A DNA stretch of 64,000 bases, taken from the NCBI GenBank assembly GCA_963664705.1, contig OY761556.1:608001-672000 (forward strand), written 5' to 3'. Positions 10,522-19,797 of the stretch are shown in pieces (the stretch's first letter is position 1; every line of letters starts with the position of its first letter). Position numbers and translations under genes: made by a program. The notes under the pieces were generated by a model. That model was given only the letters and a program-made list of their open reading frames with translations, was not told where the DNA came from and made no database searches. The DNA is from Acidobacteriota bacterium (GTDB taxonomy: Bacteria; Acidobacteriota; UBA6911).

Positions 10522-12447
10522 CTAAAGCTCCTGCAGTTTTCCTGTTTCCTCCACCTCATAGCCGCCAAGGGTGAGGACATGGTCGATGAATTTTCCGGAC
10601 CGAATGATTTCCAGGAGAAGCTGCATGCGTTCGTCCTTTAACATATTCGCTGGAAGGACAAGGTCGTATCTCTCGCGGGATACGGGAATAAAATCGAGAT
10701 CGAGAGCTTTGGCCGCGGCCATGATTCCAAGTCCAACATCCGCGCGGCCGGAGGTGACCGCCATCGCTACGCTCATGTGGGTATACTCTTCGGTCCTGTA
10801 TCCGTGGATGGCTGTTGCATCAATGTCGGCCTTTTGAAGTTCGTAATCCAGCAGGATGCGAGTGCCTGATCCCGCCTGACGATTAATCATTGCAATGTCC
10901 GGACGGGTAAGGTCGGCAATTCCACGGATATTCTTAGGATTGCCCTTGGCGATCATCAATCCCTGCCACCGATGCACCAGCGTCACCAGCGCAACCGGAG
11001 TGTTCCGGATATATCGTTTGATATAGGATCGATTATAGTCGCCGGTGCTGGTATCCAGAAGATGCGTGCCGGCAAAATGGGCGATGCCTTTTTCTATGGC
11101 AAGCAATCCTCCCATGCTGCCGACGTTGCTGGAGGAAATATTGATCCGTCCTTCGGACATCTCCTTTACTGAGCTGGCAAGTAAATCGACGGTAAGGTCG
11201 TGGGAGCCGAGCACGAGAAGTCTGTTATTGAGGGCGTTTTCCGAGGTCAGAAGCTCAACCGTGACCTTTTCTCCCTCGGAATAGCCGCTGACTTCCGGAC
11301 CGATCCGCAGGATGCCGTCGGCGCGCACCAGCGATGTCATCATGCCGGCTCCTCCGGAGAGCGGCACGGCAACAACGCGATCCGCAACCCGGCCCAGAAG
11401 AACCCGCACGTGTTCTTCGAGACCCGGTTTTGACGGGAGTTTTCTGCCCATGCAGGCTTCAATTTTATCGGGATCGGGCGGTTGGAGCCCTTGCATGTGA
11501 AACAGCAGGGGGCGCACGAATTCGCGGAAAGAAACAACGGCTGAAACCGGATAGCCCGGGACCCCGACGACCGGGCGATTCTGCACAGCGGCCAGCAATG
11601 TCGGCTTGCCGGGCATTACCGTCACTCCATGCACAAGCAGTTCTCCCAGTTCCGACATCACGGTCGGGGAGAAATCCTCGGAGCCGGCGGAGGAGCCTGC
11701 TATCGTGAGAATCATGTCATATCCGTCCGCTATTCCGGATCTGACCGCGTCTTTGATTTTATCCAATATATCGGGAACCGTACGGACAAGCGTGCTTTCC
11801 GCTCCACACTCGGAAATCATGGAGGACAGCACCTGTCCGTTTACTTCGAGAATGACCCCGGGGGGTAGCGGGTCGCTGACTTCCTCTGGAGCAATGATTT
11901 CATCTCCAGTAGGAATGATGAGCACGCGAGGCTTGCGGAATACCTGCACCTCCATGATGCCCGCGGCCAGTAGGGCTCCCTGATCGTAAGAGCGGATTCT
12001 GTGATAGGCGGGCAGAATGATCTCGCCCTTGATAATATCCTCTCCTGTTTTTCTGACGTTTTGCCAGGGGTAAACGGAGTCGCGAATTTCGCAGAGCCCT
12101 TCCGACAGCTCAACCTTCTCAATCATGACCACTGCGTCCGCGCCTTCCGGCAGAGGATCTCCCGTGTTGACCTGCACAGCCTGGCCGCCAAGCGGCAGGA
12201 TGACAGGGCTCTCCGGAAATGCCGAAAACGTGGTTGCGGCGCGGACTGCAATCCCATCCACAGCCGAGGCGTTATAAGCCGGAACCGAGCGTTCCGCTTT
12301 AATGGGGCCAACCAGAAGTCGGCCCAGCGCCTTTCGAACCGAAATACTTTCCGTCTCCATCCGCAGACTGCGGAATCGCGAAAAGAAGAGTTCCTGCGCT
12401 TCCTTGAGTGGTTTCAGATTGCGGTAAGTCTGTCGCTTTGAAGTCAT
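10522..12447 (-). CDS. moeA: MoeA fused to a C-terminal PBP-like (molybdate/tungstate-binding) domain
   Basis: SAVDGIAV, VNTGDPLPEGADAVVMIE, PTGDEI, PGKP, GVPGYPVS, followed by GSHD, GSMGGL, NRQAGSGTR, ERYDL. Confidence 0.92.
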   Translation of the reverse strand: MTSKRQTYRNLKPLKEAQELFFSRFRSLRMETESISVRKALGRLLVGPIKAERSVPAYNASAVDGIAVRAATTFSAFPESPVILPLGGQAVQVNTGDPLPEGADAVVMIEKVELSEGLCEIRDSVYPWQNVRKTGEDIIKGEIILPAYHRIRSYDQGALLAAGIMEVQVFRKPRVLIIPTGDEIIAPEEVSDPLPPGVILEVNGQVLSSMISECGAESTLVRTVPDILDKIKDAVRSGIADGYDMILTIAGSSAGSEDFSPTVMSELGELLVHGVTVMPGKPTLLAAVQNRPVVGVPGYPVSAVVSFREFVRPLLFHMQGLQPPDPDKIEACMGRKLPSKPGLEEHVRVLLGRVADRVVAVPLSGGAGMMTSLVRADGILRIGPEVSGYSEGEKVTVELLTSENALNNRLLVLGSHDLTVDLLASSVKEMSEGRINISSSNVGSMGGLLAIEKGIAHFAGTHLLDTSTGDYNRSYIKRYIRNTPVALVTLVHRWQGLMIAKGNPKNIRGIADLTRPDIAMINRQAGSGTRILLDYELQKADIDATAIHGYRTEEYTHMSVAMAVTSGRADVGLGIMAAAKALDLDFIPVSRERYDLVLPANMLKDERMQLLLEIIRSGKFIDHVLTLGGYEVEETGKLQEL

Positions 12448-12491
12448 GGGAAATCCGTTCAGATCTCAATTAGTTCAACGAAGCATCCATA

Positions 12492-13727
12492 TCATTGCTG
12501 GGTGACCTGGACCACTTTCCCTTTTGCAAATCCCTCGGCATTCATCGGAATTGTAATGATGCCGTCGGCTTTTACCATGGTGGAAAGCATACCCGATTTG
12601 CCAAACACGGGGATGGCAATATCGGAGTTGTCCTCCGATTTTTCAATCCTCACTCGAACGTATTCTTCCAGACCGATTGTGGAATGAACAGAGGTGTTGA
12701 GCACGGCTGTGGTTTGATGCCCGACCGGGCCCTTTTCGAGTTTGTCTCCGCGTAGATATCGCAGGAATGGCGCGAGGAAAACCTGGGCGACTACGAGAGC
12801 GGAAACCGGATGGCCGGGAAGGCCAATGATCGCTTTCCCCTTTTGATCAGCCAGAAGTGTGGGTTTGCCCGGACGGATAGCTACACCGTGGGCCAGAACT
12901 TCCACGTCCGGCAGCGTAGAGACAACCTCGACCATCAAATCGCGCGCGCCCACGGAACTGCCGCCTGAGATTGTTACCACATCGGCCATCTCCAAAGCGG
13001 TCCGGAGCGTCTCCTTCATTCTGCTCGCATCATCCGGAACAATTTCAAAACTTATGGGTTCCGCTCCGCATGCTCGGATCAGCGCGGCAATGGAATGGCC
13101 ATTAGCATCGCGGATCTGGCCGAGAGAGGGCTTTCGCTCCATCGGGATGATCTCATCTCCGGAGGAAATCACCGCGACCTTGGGGACGCGATAAACCGCT
13201 ACTTTCGTTACGCCCAAGGCAGCCAGAAACCCCATTTCCTGGGGACGGAGCATACTTCCCGAAAAAAGCAGCGATTCCCCTGCCTGCGCATCTTCACCTT
13301 TTTCCAGTACATTCGTGCGGAATGTCACGGGGCGGGAGACTTCGATGGCTTCCGGACCTGCCGAATTCGTATATTCCACCATCACGACCGCATCGGCGCC
13401 ATTGGGCAAAAAACCGCCCGTCGGAATTTGGGCAGCCTCCCCCAGTCCCAGAGTGAATGAAGGCATGACTCCCATCGGAATAGCGCCAACCAGGTTCAGC
13501 AAAGCCGGGATGGAATCAGATGCGCCAAATGTATCCTCAGCGCGCACGGCAAAGCCGTCAACCGTGGACCGGGCTCCTTCCGGCAGATTCTCTTTGGAAA
13601 TGACCTCCTCGGCAAGGATTCGGTGAAGCCCCGCGTCCAGGGAGATATGTTCCGAAGTGAGCCTGGAAAATCGGCGCAGCTTTTCAATGAATTCGTCTGC
13701 CGAAATTACTTGAAAGAACTCAGTCAA
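12492..13727 (-). CDS. moeA: Molybdopterin molybdo/tungstotransferase MoeA (second copy)
   Basis: RSTVDGFAVRA, TGG.LP.GADAVVMVE, SGGSSVG.RD, IRPGKP, GLPGHPVS. Likely TTG start at 13727 after GAGGGG (the ORF track starts at GTG 13733). Confidence 0.92.
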   Translation of the reverse strand: MTEFFQVISADEFIEKLRRFSRLTSEHISLDAGLHRILAEEVISKENLPEGARSTVDGFAVRAEDTFGASDSIPALLNLVGAIPMGVMPSFTLGLGEAAQIPTGGFLPNGADAVVMVEYTNSAGPEAIEVSRPVTFRTNVLEKGEDAQAGESLLFSGSMLRPQEMGFLAALGVTKVAVYRVPKVAVISSGDEIIPMERKPSLGQIRDANGHSIAALIRACGAEPISFEIVPDDASRMKETLRTALEMADVVTISGGSSVGARDLMVEVVSTLPDVEVLAHGVAIRPGKPTLLADQKGKAIIGLPGHPVSALVVAQVFLAPFLRYLRGDKLEKGPVGHQTTAVLNTSVHSTIGLEEYVRVRIEKSEDNSDIAIPVFGKSGMLSTMVKADGIITIPMNAEGFAKGKVVQVTQQ

Positions 13728-13930
13728 AACCACCCCTCACATTGAACGAATTGCCAAGGCCATCTTCACACGGCACAAAACGGGCATTATCCCGCGAGGG
13801 CTGTTGGACCGTCAAGACTGAACAACTGCAACTATTCTCAAGCCTTCCGAATAGGGAACAATTCCGCCCGTCCGGGTTATTGTGAACGCGCCTTTTGTAT
13901 GGCAAAAGCAACACAATCCGATTATATTGA

Positions 13931-14042
13931 AATCCGAGACGGCAGCTGCCGGGTTTAGTCGCCACGGTGGTGAATTTGCCGTTACGGGAACCGGCTATTC
14001 CCAATAGAGATAAATTCTGCAGCAATATTCACTGCGAGGATT
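13931..14042 (+). promoter_or_regulatory. Structured 5' leader of aor whose closing stem covers the RBS (candidate cis-regulatory RNA)
   Basis: Pairings read by eye: AATCC 13931-35/GGATT 14038-42; ACGGCAG 13939-45/TTGCCGT 13976-82; CTGCCG 13946-51/CGGTGG 13965-70; GGGAA 13986-90/TTCCC 13998-14002; GCAG 14019-22/CTGC 14032-35. Confidence 0.35.
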
Positions 14043-14046
14043 GCCA

Positions 14047-15762
14047 ATGGCTAAATTACTAAGAATAAATATGTCTGCTCTCTCCGCAACCTTTGACGAG
14101 GTTCCGGAAGCCTATAAAAGGTTTGGAGGCAGAGGCTTAACCGATTGCATCGTAGCAACAGAAGTACCTCCGACTTGCGATCCCCTGGGTGTCGACAACA
14201 AGCTTGTCTGGGCTCCCGGAATCCTGGGTGGAACTCCTTTCCCCTGCAGCGGAAGGCTGTCGGTGGGTACAAAGAGCCCAATGACAAAGGGTATTAAAGA
14301 GGCCAATTCCGGCGGAGCAATGGGCCAGAAGCTGGCAAGGCTTGGAATCAAAGCCGTAGTTTTTGAAGGCAAGGCCAAAGAGCCTACTCTGGTTAAGATT
14401 GATAACACCGGCGTGAAGTTTTCGTCTGCCGCCGATCTTGCCGGCCTTGGAAGTTATGCAATTCTGGACAAACTCAAAGCATCCTACAGCAACAAATCCT
14501 GTATGGCGTGGACCGGGCCCGCAGGCGATCAGATGCTTACCGCGGCTTCAATCATGTTTACCACTCCGGACTTCCATATTCGCGTGGCTGCGCGCGGAGG
14601 CGTGGGCGCCGTAATGGGTTCGAAAAACCTGAAGGCCGTAGTTGTCGAAGACGGCGGAGTCAATCAGGTTGAAATCAAAGACAAACAGAAGATGAAGGAA
14701 TGCGTATCGAATGTAACCAAGCACTGCATGGCGGACCATTTCTGCCAGGGCTTGAGAGCAAAAGGCACGCCCCAAATTGTTGCCATTACCCAGTTGGCCG
14801 GAGCATTGCCGACCAAGAATTTCTCGATGGGGCAATTTGACAGGATTGACGGACTCACCGGCGAGTATATGGAGGAATTGCTGAAGGGCCGTCCGAATGC
14901 CGAAACGGTACATCGCTGCATGGAAGGATGCATTCTCAGTTGCTCCAACGTGTACACGGACGAAAAGGGCGAGATGATCGTATCCGGAATCGAATACGAG
15001 ACAATCGCCTTGATCGGACCCAACTGCCTGATTGATAACCTGGATATGGTTGCCCGCATCAATCGTGCCTGCAACGATATGGGCGTCGATACGATGGATA
15101 TCGGTGGTGCGCTCGCGGTAGCCATGGAAGGCGGCCTTCTGAAGTGGGGCGATGCGGACGCTGCCCTTAAGCTGGTCGAGGAGATTGCTCTGGGGACCGA
15201 GAACGGCCGTATGATTGGAAGCGGTGCAAAAGTTACCGGTGAAAAGCTGGGCGTGAAGAGAGTCCCCGTCGTCAAAGGACAGTCTCTGTCCGGCTACGAT
15301 CCGAGAGTCCTGAAAGGCACCGGCGTTACATTCGCCACGTCTCCTCAGGGCGCCGACCACACGGCGGGCATTGTTCTTCCCGGCCCGCACGATCCCACTT
15401 ATGTTCCGGTTGCTCCGACAGGGCAAGCTCCGAAATCCCGTTTCATGCAGTCCTGGATGGCTGCGGGCGATACCCTGGGACTTTGTATGATGATCAATAT
15501 GCCCATCATGGAGGCCGGCCCGGGGCTTCATCTGAATGCAGTAGGCGCGGTCTCCGCATTGTTGGGAGTCCCGCTGGATGAGAAATATATGTGCAACCTG
15601 GGTGCCGAGGTAATTGAGATTGAAAGGAAATTCAATGCGGCAGCCGGGCTTACCAGCGCGGATGACAGATTGCCGAAGTTCTTTGTCGAGGAAGCATTCG
15701 GTCCTGGAGCGCTGTTATATGATGTGTCCGCTGAGGAACTGGATAGCGTTCACGCGAAATAG
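14047..15762 (+). CDS. aor: Aldehyde:ferredoxin oxidoreductase (tungsten AOR family)
   Basis: GGRGL, KSP.T.GIKEANSGG, AARGG.GAVMGSKNLKA, C-MEG-C-ILS-C plus distal GLC Fe-S ligands, EYET, D.MD, GADH. GAGGA RBS before ATG 14047. Confidence 0.93.
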   Translation: MAKLLRINMSALSATFDEVPEAYKRFGGRGLTDCIVATEVPPTCDPLGVDNKLVWAPGILGGTPFPCSGRLSVGTKSPMTKGIKEANSGGAMGQKLARLGIKAVVFEGKAKEPTLVKIDNTGVKFSSAADLAGLGSYAILDKLKASYSNKSCMAWTGPAGDQMLTAASIMFTTPDFHIRVAARGGVGAVMGSKNLKAVVVEDGGVNQVEIKDKQKMKECVSNVTKHCMADHFCQGLRAKGTPQIVAITQLAGALPTKNFSMGQFDRIDGLTGEYMEELLKGRPNAETVHRCMEGCILSCSNVYTDEKGEMIVSGIEYETIALIGPNCLIDNLDMVARINRACNDMGVDTMDIGGALAVAMEGGLLKWGDADAALKLVEEIALGTENGRMIGSGAKVTGEKLGVKRVPVVKGQSLSGYDPRVLKGTGVTFATSPQGADHTAGIVLPGPHDPTYVPVAPTGQAPKSRFMQSWMAAGDTLGLCMMINMPIMEAGPGLHLNAVGAVSALLGVPLDEKYMCNLGAEVIEIERKFNAAAGLTSADDRLPKFFVEEAFGPGALLYDVSAEELDSVHAK

Positions 15763-15795
15763 CAGGCAGTAAATAAACCGAAATCGAAAAAAGCA

Positions 15796-15825
15796 GGAGC
15801 GTCGGCACTGGGACGCCGGCGCTCC
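15796..15825. repeat. GC-rich inverted repeat downstream of aor
   Basis: GGAGCGTCGGC...GCCGGCGCTCC, 11-bp stem with one G-T pair. Confidence 0.5.
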
Positions 15826-15884
15826 GGTGGGCGGCTTCATTTTGTTGCTCAACCTGCCGCCAGCAAATCACCAAATCATTGTCC

Positions 15885-15915
15885 AAAAAAAAGCCCCGGA
15901 AGACCGGGGCTTTTT
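15885..15915. terminator. Bidirectional intrinsic terminator
   Basis: A8-GCCCCGG-AAGA-CCGGGGC-T5 between convergent aor and the 336-aa gene. Confidence 0.88.
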
Positions 15916-15946
15916 AGTTCATGCGAGGGGCTGAAGGTTTTGCTTT

Positions 15947-16957
15947 TCAGTCTGCATCCATGATCTCGATTTTTTCCACAGCCCGAACGTCGCGGTCGGC
16001 AAAATAGTCGCCGGTCGGGTATAGCATATACCTCCCCGCGCCCGGCTCTTTTTTCTCAATCAGCAGAATGTCCTGATTGTCGCTCCGGTTCATAATCTCA
16101 CTGAAGCTGAGCACCGAGCGATAGCCATCCTTCGCGCTGGCCACGACTATGGCCTTGGCTATCGCTTCCGGGCTGATCTTGAGAGTGGCGGTCACCAGAT
16201 CCTTTAGCAGGTATCCTGAAACGCTCTGCACCCCCTTGAATCCCATCCCATGGCCATACCCAATATCCGAATAGGTTCTTTTTTCAACGGAGGGAGGGAT
16301 GTCCTTGACGATAAACGATCCCATTTTCCCGGTAATGCGGACTTCCGGGGCTGTGATGTCCTGGGGCTTATCTTTGGGCACAGCTCCATGGAATGACTTC
16401 ACCGTTATTTTGGATGGATTGCTGACAAACCGCATGTTCAGCAGGTCTCCCGTGGCGACAAGCTTGGGGACATCCGGAAGCGGCCACACGGTCTTGTTCC
16501 GCGCAGGGTTGATCGCCTGAATGCCCTTTGCTATCAGGATATCGAAGCTGTTTCGGTAATAAATCTCGCCCCAACTGAAAACGGCTTTCTCGCCTTTGTC
16601 ATTTTCCACGATGGCATAAAGATCTACCGGGGGGCCAAAGGTATTTTCGGCCGACTTTTTTACTTTTTTGCTGTTCAGAATATCGTAAAGGGCATAGCCG
16701 CTGACGAAGTAGGCGCCCTTGAATCCAGGCTGGCCGTTATCAAGTCCGACTTCTTTGATGGCCACACTGCGAACCGGCAGCGCGGATAAATCCACCGGAC
16801 CCGGGTCCTGCACCTCTCCCTGCACCATGATGCTTTTCACCGGCAGAGACTTGATATCCGAGTCGTCGAAAAGGCTGTTTGTGGATTGATTTTTATCTTG
16901 GGCCGTTACACCGGCAACAGCAAAAAGGAATATGAAAAGCAATGAAGTGAGCTTCAT
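15947..16957 (-). CDS. Secreted protein with two tandem molybdopterin-oxidoreductase-like (sulfite-oxidase fold) repeats, cysteine-free
   Basis: Sec signal MKLTSLLFIFLFAVAGVTA/Q. Internal duplication GFKG....SGY.L.D ... (K/D)G...V.S..EI ... TGD....R.V....I. GGAGG RBS, 27 nt after the regulator. Confidence 0.6.
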   Translation of the reverse strand: MKLTSLLFIFLFAVAGVTAQDKNQSTNSLFDDSDIKSLPVKSIMVQGEVQDPGPVDLSALPVRSVAIKEVGLDNGQPGFKGAYFVSGYALYDILNSKKVKKSAENTFGPPVDLYAIVENDKGEKAVFSWGEIYYRNSFDILIAKGIQAINPARNKTVWPLPDVPKLVATGDLLNMRFVSNPSKITVKSFHGAVPKDKPQDITAPEVRITGKMGSFIVKDIPPSVEKRTYSDIGYGHGMGFKGVQSVSGYLLKDLVTATLKISPEAIAKAIVVASAKDGYRSVLSFSEIMNRSDNQDILLIEKKEPGAGRYMLYPTGDYFADRDVRAVEKIEIMDAD

Positions 16958-16984
16958 GGAACAGACCTCCGCGTACGTGGCGCA

Positions 16985-17899
16985 CTATCCTCTTTCGTAC
17001 ATGATTTTTCCCGTATCGTGGATTTCGTATCCGCCCATCCGGGAAATATTGGTTTTAAATTCCTCCGAATTCAGCACCTGCCTTAGAGCTTTTACTGTCG
17101 CGCTTGTGAAGATATCGGATGGAATGACCAGGTCAAAACGTTCCGTGGCTAAGGGGATAAAGTCGAGCCCCAGCAGTCCCACCGTCGCATAAATGCCAAC
17201 GCCCGCATCTGCCGCTCCACTGAAAACTTCCAGGGCGACTTCCATATGCGTGTGGGCAACCTTGTCATAGCCCGAAATCTCAGCCGAGTTGATCCCATTC
17301 TCCTTTAGCCTGTAATCCAGCAATACGCGCGTACCTGAGCCTTCCTGTCGATTCACAAAAGTAGCTTTTTTGTTTGCCAGGTCGCTGAGGTTCTTGATTC
17401 CAAGGGGATTCCCCTTTTTGACAATCAGCCCTTGCTCTCTATGCGCCAGATTTAAAATTACAACCTTCAGTTCCGGGAAATGCTTTTTGATGAAAGAATT
17501 ATTATATTCACCCGTTTCGAGGTCCAAAAGATGGGATGCCGCGATGTTGCAGTTGCCGTTTTTCAGCGCGATCAATCCCGCCAGGCTTCCCAGGTTGGAG
17601 ATTGAGATCGTGTATTCAGGATGCAGCAGGTTGGCATTCTTCACCAGCAATTCGAGCGCCAGATCGTTGCTGCCCGCAATAACGATCTGATTTTCGGCTG
17701 CAGTCTTTTTGCCGGGAATCGTAACGCTTTCCCGGGCGCTGCTTATGACCCACTCATCGATCAATCCCTTGGGAAACAGCCATTTTCCCGTGATCCTGGT
17801 AGCCGGTATTTTCTTTTCCTTAATCAGCCTGTATACCTGTTTTTCGTTAATGCTGAGGTATTCGGCCACTTCTTTAGTACTGAGCATTTCCTTGGTCAT
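16985..17899 (-). CDS. TaoR-like regulator: excisionase-type HTH plus PBP-like molybdate/tungstate-binding domain
   Basis: MLSTKEVAEYLSINEKQVYRLI...IPATRITGKWLFP HTH, then GSND, GSLAGL, NRQEGSGTR, ERFDL. ATG 17899 follows GGAG. Located beside aor/moeA. Confidence 0.85.
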   Translation of the reverse strand: MTKEMLSTKEVAEYLSINEKQVYRLIKEKKIPATRITGKWLFPKGLIDEWVISSARESVTIPGKKTAAENQIVIAGSNDLALELLVKNANLLHPEYTISISNLGSLAGLIALKNGNCNIAASHLLDLETGEYNNSFIKKHFPELKVVILNLAHREQGLIVKKGNPLGIKNLSDLANKKATFVNRQEGSGTRVLLDYRLKENGINSAEISGYDKVAHTHMEVALEVFSGAADAGVGIYATVGLLGLDFIPLATERFDLVIPSDIFTSATVKALRQVLNSEEFKTNISRMGGYEIHDTGKIMYERG

Positions 17900-18095
17900 A
17901 AACAATGCTCCCAATTCGTGTCAAATATTCCTATGGCGTCAATATTAACCGACTCAAAACGGGAGACGCTACCCTATTTTCTATGAAACAAGTCTCAAGA
18001 AGACCGGAGGTTCAGAAGATCAGGCAAAAACAGCGACTTCGCCTGGCTGCACGGAGCAATTGGGCCAGCAGGCCCTGTATTTTCCGGTTTTTGTA

Positions 18096-18617
18096 TTACA
18101 GCCCGGTGAAGGAGATGTCTACCATTAATTCGCTTCCGATTGTCTCCAGTTCTTTTTGGAGTGCCAAAATATCGCAGGCTTCGGGGATTTGCAGCCGCGC
18201 GACGGCTTTGAAAATTGTCTCCCCGGACATGGGCGCGCTGGTGCATTCGCTTTCAAGCTCTTCGAAGCTTACGTTCTGGTGCGCCATGGCGGCAGAGATT
18301 TCGTAAATGATCCCTGGCCGGTCATGGCCAATCAGGCTGAGGGTTGCCGCTCTCGTCTGGCTCTTTGTTGATGTGGCTTCGTCGCGACGGATAATCACGG
18401 TCAATCCCTCGGATTGCAGCGCCTCAAGAGCGCGAATGAGCGCATGCACCTCAACTTCCGGAGCGCTTGCGCTCAGAATCCCGGCAAACTCACCGCCGAG
18501 TCGGCACATGCGACTTTCCAGCCAGTTGCCGCCATGATCCGCAATCAGTCCTGCTATCGATTCCACCAGACCGGTCCGGTCCTTTCCCACAATTGTCATT
18601 ACGAGTGTCTTCTGCAT
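18096..18617 (-). CDS. Double-ACT-domain protein (GcvR-like)
   Basis: VGKDRTGLVES...GGNWLESRM..LGGEFA and IGHDRPGII.EIS. GAGGTG RBS before ATG 18617. Confidence 0.85.
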   Translation of the reverse strand: MQKTLVMTIVGKDRTGLVESIAGLIADHGGNWLESRMCRLGGEFAGILSASAPEVEVHALIRALEALQSEGLTVIIRRDEATSTKSQTRAATLSLIGHDRPGIIYEISAAMAHQNVSFEELESECTSAPMSGETIFKAVARLQIPEACDILALQKELETIGSELMVDISFTGL

Positions 18618-18719
18618 AGAGCACCTCAGGGAAAGCATATAGGAAAAAAAAGGCTGAAACCAGGAACGGACGAATTTGCCGGACATCGCCCGCGCAATAC
18701 CGGGACAGGCCTCCGGTAA

Positions 18720-19607
18720 CTATGCAATCTCGGGAAGACAGAAAGATGTTTCTACTCGATGTCCGCAATGGGAGCAATCCCAGTCGACATTCAGCTTGTG
18801 GCACTTTGTTCCCTTTTCGGTCGTCCAGGCGAAATGCCAGCTTTGCCCGCATTTTGCACATGATGGGGAAACCACAATGTGGACGCCCAGTGATCTGCTC
18901 CTGGCCCTGGGATCCAGGATGCGAAGCTGCTGGATCCGAAGATTCGCAATCCGTGCCTCCCGAAGCTCGGCGAGAAGGGAACGGAAAAATCTCAATGAAT
19001 CCGATGACTTTCTGGCCGCCAGTTTCCGTCCCGCGGAGGTGTGCATGTTCAGAGGCAGGCACGAAGCGTAGGTAAGCTCTTTGCTCAGGTAACCAAGAAC
19101 CGTGGATTGAAGCGTTCTCCGGCGAAGTGCCGATTTGGTAAAGAACGCGGCAACTCCGAGAGCACCAAACTTCGAAAGAAAATCGGCATCATGAATGATG
19201 GCCGCGACCGCGTTCTTTTTGGACTTTTCGTTATACAAGGCTTTGAGCCCCGCGAGCACCTGCCGAATGTCCCCTTTGCTCATCCCCGATTCCGATAGCA
19301 GCCTTTGAGCTATCTGGGCCGATTCTTCTTCTTCGATTGTCTCTTCAGCATGGTATTTTCCTCCCGAAAATTTTCCGGCGTCGTGAAAGAGGGCGGCGAC
19401 TACCGGGACGAGAGGTTCCATTTTTTCCGCCAGGGCGAGCTGGCATGCAATGGATGCGGTGTGCTGCGTGTGTTCCCAGAGGAAGCTTTCCGAATCAGCA
19501 TTGCCTTCGTATCTGTTTTCGGATTCCTGGATGATCTCCCGGACTCTGTTCACCAGCCCGGGAAAACGGGATTCTACGATGCTCTGGTAATCCGGTGACT
19601 TCTTCAT
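18720..19607 (-). CDS. HD-domain phosphohydrolase with C-terminal Cys (Zn-ribbon-like) tail
   Basis: LWEHT...ALFHDAGK...IHDADFLSKFGA; C-terminal CAKC...C...CSHC...FCLP. Start at ATG 19607 (MKKSP) is inferred. Confidence 0.75.
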   Translation of the reverse strand: MKKSPDYQSIVESRFPGLVNRVREIIQESENRYEGNADSESFLWEHTQHTASIACQLALAEKMEPLVPVVAALFHDAGKFSGGKYHAEETIEEEESAQIAQRLLSESGMSKGDIRQVLAGLKALYNEKSKKNAVAAIIHDADFLSKFGALGVAAFFTKSALRRRTLQSTVLGYLSKELTYASCLPLNMHTSAGRKLAARKSSDSLRFFRSLLAELREARIANLRIQQLRILDPRARSRSLGVHIVVSPSCAKCGQSWHFAWTTEKGTKCHKLNVDWDCSHCGHRVETSFCLPEIA

Positions 19608-19797
19608 ACGAGCGGCATTATCCTGCGCAGGCCTTGATGCGGTCAAGCACTCAAAACCAGGACCATGTGAATAGGCGTTGCGTCCGCTGCATTCCAGAGG
19701 GCCCCGGCGTCCATGGTGTAAATGTGATATCCTAGAAGTGTGTCCATGGATTAGGACATGCTTCCAATAGGGGATGACCAAATTAGGGCAGATCAAA

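Noticed and set aside
13771-13786. Sigma54-like CGGCAC-N5-GGGCA upstream of aor
   Set aside because: Poor -12 element and far from the gene; much weaker than the two accepted sites.
13880-13897. Rex operator (TTGTGAA)
   Set aside because: Only a half-site; the TTCACAA arm is missing.
17919-17946. Repeated GTCAA(A)TATT upstream of the TaoR-like gene as an autoregulatory site
   Set aside because: Only two imperfect copies that double as TTGAC -35-like hexamers, with no matching copy seen upstream of aor.
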